Assembly: GCF_000143415.4 (NCBI RefSeq)
Contig: NW_003314261.1
Coordinates: 5,915,620-5,979,619 of the forward strand
Length of the DNA stretch: 64,000 bases
Direction of reading: 5' to 3'
Source of the DNA: Selaginella moellendorffii
Taxonomy: Eukaryota > Plantae > Lycopodiophyta
Position numbers and translations under genes: made by a program. The notes beneath the pieces are model-generated. The model was not told where the DNA came from, did no database searches, and worked only from the letters and a program-made list of their open reading frames with translations. Every line of letters begins with the position of its first letter. Positions within the stretch are counted from its first letter, which is position 1. This document shows, one piece after another, positions 49,941-60,942 of this stretch.

Positions 49941-52900
49941 TCAGACTGTTATTTTTTGCCTCCAACGCCTATACAATAATCTTGGAATTTCATCACTCTC
50001 CACACTATGAGGATTTAAACCCAATAGTAATGCCATCTCTTCTCTAATACGTCCACGCTCATGTTCAGTGGTCGAAAAACCCATCCGGTTGAGCAGATTA
50101 TGGAGATGCGGATAGTGCTTGGCTAGACAATATACATGCCATAAATGATGACTGGTGTCTGTCCGATCAAATGGCTTCTGATATACTGTTCCATCTGCCA
50201 TTTGGTTGATTTCTGCAGCCACCTCCTGGACTGGCCGGTTCTCTATCACCATCGCTCCAAGCCGTTTTGCAAGGTCCCCCAGAACATACGGTTTCTTCTC
50301 CCTAGTTTCCATACTGCAAGAGATGGGGTGCACTGCATATGTGTGCGTGTTCGCTGCAGTTTTAATCGGCGAGTCATCGATGATGAGGATTTCACTTGAG
50401 CTAGCAGTCCGGTTCATCACTACAGCCTCTGGCTTGACGAAGATGGGCTTGCTACCCCTCACATGGACCATAGTCAAGCAATCCTTCTGCGTTAGGAGAA
50501 AGTCAAATGGTAATATTACTCGCGTCTGATCGTGCATCATCTGTAGCAACGTTAATGCATTGTGGCGCATCATGGATGTCCAAACTCCCAATTGCAAATT
50601 GAACCCGGCCCTCTGTTTTAAGTGTCGCATGGTCATTATTAGATCCCGCAGTTTCTCCCGTGTGATTAATGTGAATCTGTCTCTTTTGACCAACTTGCGA
50701 CCGCAGGCTTTGGAGGGTGCAATGACATTCGAGGACGAGCCACGCTCATGGGAGAAAAGGACACCGTTCAGATCAAAAACGATACAGTACCTTCGCCGTG
50801 ACTCTGAAATGAAATGTGTCAGCATAAAAAATGGTACAAGTCAATTTTACCATCTACAATATTAGCGAATGTTGCTCCCGATGGTCGTTGAGAGGGTTTT
50901 GGTCGAGGAAACGTGAAGGGCGGAAATACTCTCCTCTGCAATGTGGGGTCAATCGCATCCGATGGCGTGTGGGCACATGCCATTTCAGCTGTAGACTCTG
51001 GTACAACTGGCTCAACAGTGGCATGGGGTGGTTCCGATGGCGTGTGATCACATGCCATTTCAGCTGGTGCCTCCGTTGGCAAAGTGGACATGACCGAACA
51101 GGCAGCAGGGGCGGTGTAGGGAGGTTCCAACGGCGCGTAGTCAGACGATTGGGCACACGTTGAGTCCGTTGGAAATGAGGATACGACCGGCTCGGCGGTT
51201 GGGGCGGCCTCATGTGGGTCCAATGGCGCCTGGTCACCGTCAATTGGATACGTGGACAAGATTGACTCAGTGGTATGGGCAGCATCAAGTGGAGCGTGGT
51301 CAGCTTGCTTGGCGTTGATATGGATAGTAGCCTCCACCAGCTCTAATGACTCTTGCAGCCAAGTAGAGTCCATTGGCGGATCCATATGCATGTCCAAATA
51401 TCTCCCTTCGATTGAGATGGTATCCTCCCGTGCTACTAAAGACAAACTCATTAGCACATTGAATCGACTATACTGTATTTACCATCAACTGCTATTGAGG
51501 AACTAGGACCGATATCACTTGGGCGCACTGCTGATTCTGAAGGATTGGACATACGTTTCGACCCTTGCTTGGCACTATCCTTCCTCGACACTAAAGGCTA
51601 GAGTTTGTAAATTCAACTGAATAATCTCTACTTACCATTTGCTCTGCGACCTACATGGACAATGTTAGAAATGGTAAAAGGTTAAGAATGGATGTATTAT
51701 TATTTACCTGATGGTTTGTCTTGTATGACCTTCCTCCGCTGCTCTTTGGCCACCTCAGGCTGGCCATCGTCGTCATCATCGTCGTCGTCGTTATTGTGAT
51801 CGTCACCATTGTGAGGACCATCCAAGTCCTCTTCGTCCTCTTCTTCTTCGTCCTCCTCTTCTTTGTCCTCCTCTTCGTCCTTCTGCTCTTCCTGCTCATT
51901 ATCTTTCTCTGGCTCCTCATCCCCCTCCTGCATTTCTTCCATAGGCTGCTCAGGCTGGATGGCTTGTTCTTCCAGGACCATCTTGGGAAAATCATCTGGC
52001 CGAGTCTCCATCTCAAAATACAAGACATCCATAGCCTGTTTTAGTGCGTGACCTAGGACCGTATCCTCACCCGACTGTCTTAACATGGTTTCTGCACGTT
52101 CTTGCACCCTTCGAAGATGACGAGATGAGAAAAACGTGGCCCTGACTTGAAAAGCTTCCCTCATCCATTGTACCTCTCCATTGAGATTGGGGAAGGGGAG
52201 TCCGCCATAGGAATCTGAGTCATGAGGTGGTGACTGGCTGCTTTCACTCAGCCCTTGATCTGCAATGAATGGCATGAGCACACACGCCATAACCGCGAGG
52301 CATTACCTATCATCTTTTCGTTGCCCTTCTTCCTTTTCGAATCAAACGCCTCTGATCTCGACGACTGTCCAACGTGCTTTCGCTTTTTATGACCACTGTC
52401 AGTTTGAGCTTGGCTGGTGCTTGCCTGTTTTGCCTTTGAAGAAGTTTCTCCTGCAAGGAATGGCATGAGACCACACGCCATTGCAAATATAATTTGTACC
52501 TCCTTTTTTCCTATTGCTTGTCTGTTTGTCCTTCTTCGATGCGCCACCAATGCGCTTTTCAGTCCTCTTGTCTGAATATTCACAACGATCTATAATCAAA
52601 ATGGCGTGAGGCCTCACGTGACCTTACCTTGTGCAGGTTGTGAGCTCGGCCCAACATGGGTATCTTCAACAGTAGCTGTTAACGCCGTTTCAGCATCTGG
52701 GGGTGGCCACGCTCCTGCATACAGAGCTTGTGAGATAACATTTAAACTTAAAGTGCGTACTCACCAGGTTCGCAGAGAAGATACTGTTTTTCTTTGGCAA
52801 CTGTAATTATATGCTCCATTGAAGTCACCTCTTCAATGGAGTTTGTCACCGCAACACACGGGACACCCTTGAGTAGTGCGGCTCGAAAGAATAGTCCGCC

Positions 52901-55299
52901 GCAGTTGTACTCGACAACGCATTTGCCCTTGGAGTCGGAAGCAGGTGACCCACCCGCTATTGCGTTGAAGACCCAGCTGAGCATTTCCCATGCTGCACCT
53001 GGAGCTTTCTTTGGATTCGAAAGCTCCATAGCCGTCTTCAGTTCCTCAGGCACGGGTAAATTGACCTCCCTTAGATCAATTCGATTGGCCTTGTCGAACG
53101 AAGCTGGGAAGTCACTCCAGTCCCACTCTGCTGCAGGACCAATAACAAGGGCGAGTGTGAAGATGCGGACATTCGTCGGTATCTTCTTCTTAGCCATTAT
53201 CCCATGGATCTCCCGCATCTCCTTGCCTTTCAACCGAGCCTTCACCTCGTTCAAGGCCTTCCAGAACTTGTGATAGGATTCGGAGTCGTAGATCATATAG
53301 TGGACTGAAGATTCCACCTCCGCAATTCCCACCATTAAGTCAATGATGGAGCTGACTTCGTCTGCATGAGTGATCTCCTCGTTTGTGAAGTCCATCACAC
53401 AAAAGATGTTCTTGACCTGCTCATCTCCGCGGGAAACGATGCTCCTCCACCTTTGATCCTCATCCGAATTCAAGTATACCCGGTAAGGTTCTTGATAGGC
53501 CTCTGCTGCGGGGTCGAGCTGTTTCTGAAGCCGGCGGTCGACATCAATCTTAATGAAATTTGGATACTGATCCAACTTCTCAGCTTTACTTTTCGTGGCA
53601 TCCCGCAGCAGATCGATGAACTTGGGGGCCCCCTTCACGTACTCGTCGATGTCTTCATTTGACAACTCCAGCGCTTCCATCATCTCTTGCGTGGTGTCGA
53701 TGCTCACCCTCTCCACGGCCACTTGCTCGAAGATCCAATCCTTCAATAGTGCACGAGCTCTCAGAGTCGTGCACAAGTCCTCGTATGTCACAATATGGCC
53801 GGGAGTCATTTTGGTCTTGTTGAAGACTACCTCACCACGTAGAAGAGCATTAGCCACTGTCAGAAGGTCGTCGTCGTCTAGAGACCGCAAGAAACGCAAG
53901 GTGTTGAGCTTCAAATCATTGGGCTTCCGGCCGTCCTCCACACCCATTGAGTTTGGCAACTCCCCGTCATGGTACCTCCTCAGCACATCTACCCATTTGT
54001 CAAAAACAACTTTTGTCGCGAGTAGAATGTTATGGATGCTGAGTGTGTCATTGACCCCCAGTGTTTTCGAGAGAAGACTCGAGAATTTCTGCAATGGAAA
54101 TGGCGTGAGGCCACATGCTATGCCACATACAACGAGGCTTACCTGCCAGGCGCTAGTTGCTAGTGCACGTCCTTGTCCTGGTTTTTGTGGCTTCTTCAGT
54201 TGAACCCAGAGCTTCCGTGTTCGTGCCAATGTCTCGTGCAGACCCGATTTGTAGCACGTTTCTTGCTTGACATTCTGCGCGTGGGAGATGTATATGATAG
54301 ATCGGAGGGGCGAGTTGCCTTTTATCAGGCGGACAACTCTTGTTTTGAAGACTTTCTTCACCTCCTTGCCCACCATAATATCCACAACTACTTTGTTGGA
54401 ATAGTAACAAGTACTATTATCTGTGACGATTTTTGCTGCCTCTTCTTGCTCTTTCTGCTCTTTGCGGCTCTTCTTTTTGGTGGGTGTAGTGTTCGAACCC
54501 GAGGCAATGGCATCACCGAGTAGCTTCTTTTTTGGAGGAGAGTCGGACGTCGGCTTGAGCTTGACCACCCTTTTCTGCTTCGGGGTAGTTTCTAGATCGA
54601 CCCCCTTCCCCTTCGCTTCGCAAACTGGAGGCACTCTCAACGGCTCAATGTTGGAATATAGTTTTTGAACATCGCCGTAGGTGAGGTCCGTGGATTCCAT
54701 GTGATCTTCATAGACCCGCAGCGTCTTTGAAATTGTGGGCCTCCTGGACAACCTCTCCCTAGCTCCCTCTAGGAATTCCTCATAGCCGCTGCCCCCCTCC
54801 GGGAAGCCGCTAGGATGTGCAAGGTGGATCTTGAAGGCAGACGCTGTCTCTACCACAAGTGCCAGTCCATATTCTTGCATGGAACTGCATGGAGTGTCTG
54901 TCACTTGGATGAGGATCCCCATGCATTCTTTTCTCCTACCATCTGTGTTGTACAGCCTCAGATCCTCGCCTTCCATCCCGAAAGTCCAACTGGTGAGCTC
55001 CTCCCCCTTCTCTACATCCACATTGACAGTGGCTGGAAGAAGAACGCAATTCCTCGCCTGTTCAGAAATGCACAACAATTAGAGCTGACAGATGAAAAGC
55101 TAGTAGCTGGAAATAACGTGAGGCCACACGCCATTCACCACTGCATCAGATGTCTTGAGGCTGCATCCTAAGATGGCGTGAGGCTACACGCCATCTGTAA
55201 CCGGACTGCACTCGAGAGCCCAATCGGTGCATGCCAATGTTGCTACTGAATGGCATGTGGCCTCATGCCATTTTCTACTTGGCCTAAAAGACTTACCAT
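49941..55299 (-). CDS. ~1,500-aa multi-exon protein: large N-terminal region (possibly degenerate ParB-associated / DNA amino-methyltransferase-like), acidic tract, C-terminal FCP1/NIF-like HAD phosphatase domain
   Basis: ORFs 52748-55078, 52248-52583, 51700-52290, 50819-51457 and 49941-50825 join in frame through GT-AG introns (e.g. 55296-55058, 54142-54089, 52627-52572, 52499-52451, 52306-52260). The last exon has IVFDLNGVL, GVWTSMM, LTQKDC, FVKP, ILIIDDSPIK (FCP1-homology motifs). Confidence 0.7.
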
Positions 55300-56537
55300 T
55301 TGAAGCCGAATGGAGGCGTGACAACCGGACTCACTGGCGAATGTGCACTGTGTGTGCAGCGGATCGTAGCAGCAAGGCTACTCTGCCACTTACAGTTGGA
55401 GAGTGGCGCTGAAATCTCCCGGGACGCCAAGTGGGCTGCGTGTGGGTGGCGGAGTGGGCGGCAGAGTTGGCGGCGAAGTTACAAACTGGGTGTGTCTTGA
55501 AGTGGACGCCGATGCACACGAGCGCGATGTGAGCGCGATGCGAGCACGAGTGTGATGCAAGCGCGAGTGGACGCCGATGCACACGAGAAACCTGTAGAGA
55601 AGTGGGAGCGCGAGTGGGAGCGCGATGCGAGCGCAAGTACGAAGCAAAATGCAAAACCTAACCTCACACGCGCGAAATGTCACGACGGTTGGTAATCCCG
55701 CCACGTCATCATTTCTCGGACTTGGGCGCCACCATTAATTTCTGGATCGGCGCGCGCATGCGTGAAATCCAAAAGAAATCCGCAACGTCATCATTCCTCG
55801 GACTGCATGCACGCGAAATCCAAAAGAAAGATCATGATTGGGATATCATTTAATACCCTCGCTATATTTATACCATGCATGATTGGATATTCCAAAGCAT
55901 CTTGTATTTCCAAAAATGCCAGATGTTCAGCTAAATAAATTGTCAGAGGATTTGATGTGACGTTCAAGCATGTGGGCTCATGCAATTTTGATCCCAAAAA
56001 ATGCACCAAAAAATGCTCGGTGTCATCTGGCGTTATCTCTTGAATGGCGTGGGGCCGCATGCCATTTTCAGGAGCACATAGGAGTATATTCCTAGAATAT
56101 TCTGACACGTGCGAGATTGTTTTGAGTTTCCTGGAGATCCAACCGTTAGATCGCAACTAGATTTTACAAAATGGTATACAATGTCCTTCTTGATGACCCT
56201 GCAAAGAAGCATCTCGATCGGACACCACATGAGACCACACGAGCCTTACAATGTTTCAGGGGCATTTGCCATAGATCCGACTGTTATTTTGCTCCAAGAT
56301 TCTACAGTTTGGTGTGCATTGACCTTTCCAACGACACTGCAAAGGGACATCACAATCAGATGCGGGATCACAAGAAACCAACTTCACTAACTCTAGTTTC
56401 ACCAAGATCTACGTAAGGAGTTATGAAATGAAAGGACCCTCTTTATTGAAATGTGTTTATGGTCCTAGGGGCATTGTGACATATCCAAGGATTTTGCATC
56501 AAGTTCTGTATTTGCTTGTTTATCAAGCTACTGAATT

Positions 56538-56570
56538 GCTAAACCCTAAACCCTAAACCCTAACCCTAAA
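56538..56570 (+). repeat. Short interstitial plant telomere-type (CCCTAAA)n / telo-box cluster
   Basis: ctaaaccctaaaccctaaaccctaaccctaaa. Confidence 0.8.
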
Positions 56571-57691
56571 CATGTGGCAAATGCTGCGTGAAGAAAGATG
56601 CCCTTTCTGGGCAAATGCTGTAAGAGGCAGATTCCGAGCAGATGTATCTCAGGCCAGCGAAGGGGACAAACGAAAGCTAGCTATAAACATGATGGGATGC
56701 AAATAGATTACTAGGCTGGTCCTGCGAAAATCAAAAACCATAATTGAAAACATTGAAAATGCAAAAAGAAAGGTTTATAATATTTTTGAATTTTAAGTAA
56801 CCAAATGAATGTAAGTAGGGCATGTGTTTGTAAGTTTAAAAATGCCTCAACCACTTAAATTCCCAAGTAAATAAAGCTGTTTCTATTTTTGGTACAGGTA
56901 AACTTTATAGCGTGTGGGCTCATGCAATTTTGAACCCAAAAATGCACCAAAAAATGCTCGACTAGCATTATTCTTTGAATGGCGTGTGGCCTTATATTGC
57001 CATAAATGGACGTACACACACAGCATAATTATTCCTTTACACGGCGAATAATCTTGGCGCGGATCGCAGACATGGCATGGCAAAGTTCGAATCACTGACA
57101 TGGCACAGCTGGATCGAGGCAAGGACATGATGTGACAAAGTTCAACCTCCGACAGCAAAGTCTGGAAGCTACTCAGTTTGAAATTTGTCAGAGGAATCAT
57201 AAGATCTGGTTTGTCAGAGGATTTGATGTGACGTTCAAGTGTGTGTTATTTTTGAATTCTCGAACTCATTCCTAGGTCTATCATTTTTGTGCGCCGTGTT
57301 CTTGGTTCCGCTGAGCGCAGTGAGCGCTGCTTGTGTAAGCGGCGTTGTGAGCTGTGGTTTATGCGTCTACAAGCGGTTGCGGCATTGCGAGCGCCATTGC
57401 GAGCGGCAGTTTATGCGAGTGGCAGTTTGTGCGAGCGGCGCTACGAGCAGTTGCGGTGTTGCGAGCGGCGCTACGAGTAGTTGCGGTGTTGCGAGCGGCA
57501 CTGTCTTTGGTGTGGCTACCGCTTCCTCTTGATATTCGGCACTTGTGCTTCCTGGTATGTTCACCATGGAATGGTTTAGGACCACATTTAGAAATGGCAT
57601 GAGGCCACATGCCATCTTGGGCCCTTGCAATTTTATGGCTAGCGTATTGTCATGTATGTTTTTACTTGCTTGCAGCTGTGTGTATATCAAG

Positions 57692-57883
57692 ATGGCATGA
57701 GGCCTCATGTCATCTTTGGCCCCTACTAGCCTATTGCCATATTCCTTTTGCCTTGCTGCAACTGTATATATTTTTGTATGGGTGACTAGTCACGCACACG
57801 AAGATATATACAGTTGCAACAAGGCAAAAGGAATATAGCAACAGGCTAGCAGGGGCCAAAGATAGCGTGAGGCCTCATGCCAT
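57692..57883. repeat. ~190-bp near-perfect inverted repeat (foldback)
   Basis: 57692-57773 is the reverse complement of ~57801-57883 with a few mismatches; the loop contains GTGACTAGTCAC. Confidence 0.9.
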
Positions 57884-58207
57884 TAGTGGTACCACTAATG
57901 GCATGAGGGCTCATGCCAATTTTGTGAATGTGAAATTTCACGTGGGTGTCAATAGCATGTTTGAATAATGGCATGTGGCCTCATGCTATTTGGTATGTTA
58001 TGATTTAGGCCATTCTCCAATCATTTTTTGTATGGTTTTAACTTCTTTTCTGCACTTTCAGAATGGCCTTCAGGGTTGGGGANNNNNNNNNNNNNNNNNN
58101 NNNNNNNNNNNNNNNNNNNNNNNNNNNNNNNNNNNNNNNNNNNNNNNNNNNNNNNNNNNNNNNNNNNNNNNNNNNNNNNNNNNNNNNNNNNNNNNNNNNN
58201 NNNNNNN

Positions 58208-59721
58208 TCTTCGATGGGAATGTGGTCGCTATTGAACGAGGAGAGATGGTCGTCGGGGTAAATGTTGTTGTTGCCTTGAAAAATCTGCAGAAGAAAGCAG
58301 ATGTTGGGGACAGCGCAAGTGCGACGCATGCTCCCTCCGTGGATCTTAAGAACCGTGCTACATGGATTCAGGCAAAGGTGTTTCTAAACAACCCCAAGGG
58401 GGAGGTGGTAGCTGAGGGCTTAGCCACAGTTGTCGATCCAAGAGATGCGGTTGCTAATCAAGAATTGGGCTGGGATGATATTGGAGTTGCGATTTTAGAG
58501 GTTGTTGACACAGAAGAAAACAGTCTGACTATTGGAAGCATTGTGCGGTGGAAATTGAGGCATTTAGTGTTTGAGAATGTGAAGGATTCACAATCAAACA
58601 CCACTACAACTGATGACAGAACATCTCTTCATGGGAAAAGAAAGTACACCTTCCTACAGCGCAGCCAAAGGGATCTGAGCAACGAACCGAAAAGGCAGAA
58701 AATGGCGATGGAGGTTCGAATGGTCTCGACAGTTGCTTGTTGCAAGAGGAGGTGCTGTCAACATGCTGATTGGGATGCTATTGAAGAGGAGAGAGCAAGA
58801 TACAAGACATTGTCCTGGAAGGCAGCTCGCAATTTTGTGTATGAGGCATTACAGTCATCTGTTGATGCTTCAGAACATCAGGTGGGGGGCATGGTCTTCC
58901 AGAGGGGTTTGGTCTGCATGAAGGCATGGAGAATCATTTATGGAGTCCCTCGAACCACATTCTACAGAATCAAAACTGAGTTCGAGGAACAAAGGGTTCA
59001 ACAGGCAGTCCATGGGAACGACGGTACGCACAAAACCAGGGGTCATGTTGTATATAGAGAGGCAATCTTCAAGAGGTTTGTCGAGACATGTAGCGAGCAG
59101 CAACCACATAAAACCCGCCTCTTGGAAGATGGAACACGAGACACCCAACGAGTTCTCCCTTCCATGTATACCAAGGGGGCCATATTGGAAGATGTGAATC
59201 GGGAACTCCAGAGTAATGGCTACAGGAAGCTGAGCCAATCTAGATTTAGTAGATTGTGGAGCAATAGGTTCAGGGATGTGAGTATAGGAAAGTACTCCAG
59301 CTTTTCAAAGTGTGACGAGTGCACTGCTATCAAAATGGCTTTGTCGAAGAATTCTTGCAGCGCTCAAGAGCGAGAGACGTTGGTTAGAAGGCGGCTCGAC
59401 CACAACATCGAGCAGAGAAGCTGCAGGACTGCATATTATCATAATAGGATTCTCTCCATGGAGAGACCTGACTCTTACCTCTGCATCATCCACGACAAAA
59501 TGGACCAGAAAAAGACGTGCTTACCTCGACTCAATCCTGCCCCCAAGGCAATCTCTTCATCCATGCAGCTGCCTGTGTCTCTGTTTAGCATAATCGCTCA
59601 TGGGCATGGTGCCCAGAACTATGGGAAATTCTTTGTACCTCTATGGGGTGGCGGGGGTGCAAACATGATGATTGCGTCCCTAGCAAAACACTTAAGGTCT
59701 CTGCAAAGTGCGCAGACTGAG
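58208..59721 (+). pseudogene. Putative DDE transposase (Sola-like / DUF7869-type), interrupted by LTR insertion
   Basis: CCKRRCC, VCMKAWRIIYGV..TFYR, HGN, FSRLW..F..VSI..FSKCDEC, H..EQ..R.AY, CIIHDKMDQKK..LP. The ORF is cut at 59722 by an LTR; the 5' end lies in an N gap. Confidence 0.65.
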
Positions 59722-60942
59722 TGTGAGACACAAAATCCCTAGGCTCCAAAGTGGAGCCGGAAGGGCGCCACATGGTAGTGGCCGAAGCGAGAGCCAAACG
59801 AGCGTAACACGTTTGGACCAAAAGCTCCGACTTGAAAAGTCAAGAGCGGGAGTGGAACTCCCAACGAAGTGCTCGAGGAACGAGCACGAAGCGAGCAAAA
59901 GGCGAGGCTCCAAAAAGGGACCCAAAAGGACCAACACATGACACGTGGGAGTGTCCGAGATGGAGTCCGAAGTGGAGTCCGAGGTGGACCCGAGATGGAC
60001 CCGAGTTGGAGTCCGAAGTGGAGTCCGAGATGGAGTCCGAGGTGGACCCGAGATGGACGCGAGCTGGAGTCCGAAGTGGAGTCTGAGATGGACCCGAGAT
60101 GGAGTCCGAGATGGAGTCCGAGATGGAGTCCGAGGTGGACCCGAGATGGACCCGAAATGGAGTCCGAGATGGAGTCCGAGATGGACCCGAGATGGAGTCC
60201 GAGATGGAGTCCGAGATGGAGTCCGAGATGGACCCGAGATGGACCCGAGATGGAGTCCGAGATGGAGTCCGAGATGGAGTCCGAGATGGAGTCCGAGATG
60301 GAGTCCGAGATGGAGTCCGAGATGGAGTCCGAAGTCGAGACCGAGACCGGGACCAAGACCGAGACCGAGACCGAGATCGGGACCGAGACCGAGACCAAGG
60401 CCGAGGCCGAGACCGAGCCCGAGCCCGAGTCCGAGTCCGAATCCGAGTCCGAGTCCGAGTCCGAGTCCGAGTCCGAGTCCGGAGCCTGAGAGGGTGAAAG
60501 CCCAAAGCGTTCGTCTCCCAGACCCTGGGGGGTTTGGTGAGCTCCAAAAGTATAGTAAGGGGGAGGACTGCAGTGGAGCCAGTTTGGCCAGGAAAGGCCA
60601 GTTTGGCCCAGGAAGGCCAGACCCAGTGTTGGGTGATGAGCTGCCCACTGGGAAGTCCAAGACTAGAGTGAACACAGACCGACAAGCGGGGTAGCTTGGT
60701 GAAGTGTTCAAGGGCCGGCTCTAGTTCCCCCGGGAGATCGACTGGCCGATGCTCCCAGTCCAAGTGTGGGTGGCACTACCTACTTGGATACCTGGTGTGG
60801 CTCAATGGAACCCGCTCTAAGCCCATGGCTAGAGCACCCAACGACGGAAGGCAGGGAGAGTACCCAGGTGGCTCGCGTAAGGCCACGGTGTTCCGAAATG
60901 TTGCCCCAAAGGCCTGGACTGTGGAAAGGAAGAGGAGCAGTC
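59722..60942 (+). mobile_element. LTR of the LARD-like family (5' part, interrupted by another copy)
   Basis: Starts TGTGAGACACAAAATCCCTAGG; colinear with 47498-48560. Confidence 0.9.
59955..60480 (+). repeat. LTR-internal minisatellite: (CCGAGATGGAGT)n, (GAGACC)n, (GAGTCC)n; also at 34735-35212(-), 38221-38533, 47728-48110, 61179-61785
   Basis: Directly visible tandem 12/11-mers grading into hexamers; source of the spurious MESE / SDSD / LGLG ORFs. Confidence 0.97.

Larger units (their letters stand above)
49885..57989. repeat. Dispersed 22-bp palindrome ATGGCRTG-(AGGCCW)-CAYGCCAT, about 18 copies
   Basis: Copies start at 49885, 50962, 51037, 52269, 52460, 52601, 54100, 55113, 55173, 55250, 55965, 56044, 56907, 56979, 57594, 57692, 57862, 57898, 57968. 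Confidence 0.92.
49502..59721. mobile_element. Putative large DNA transposon (Sola/DUF7869-like transposase plus divergent cargo gene); right end not visible
   Basis: Abruptly replaces LARD sequence at ~49501; carries a transposase-like ORF; a 22-bp palindrome is confined to this block. TIR/TSD cannot be confirmed. Confidence 0.55.

Noticed and set aside
56538-56570. Chromosome end or fusion scar
   Set aside because: Only about four units; better explained as telo-boxes or repair filler.
49885-57989. CRISPR-like reading of the palindromic repeats
   Set aside because: Spacing is irregular (tens to thousands of bp), the context is eukaryotic with introns, and there are no cas genes.
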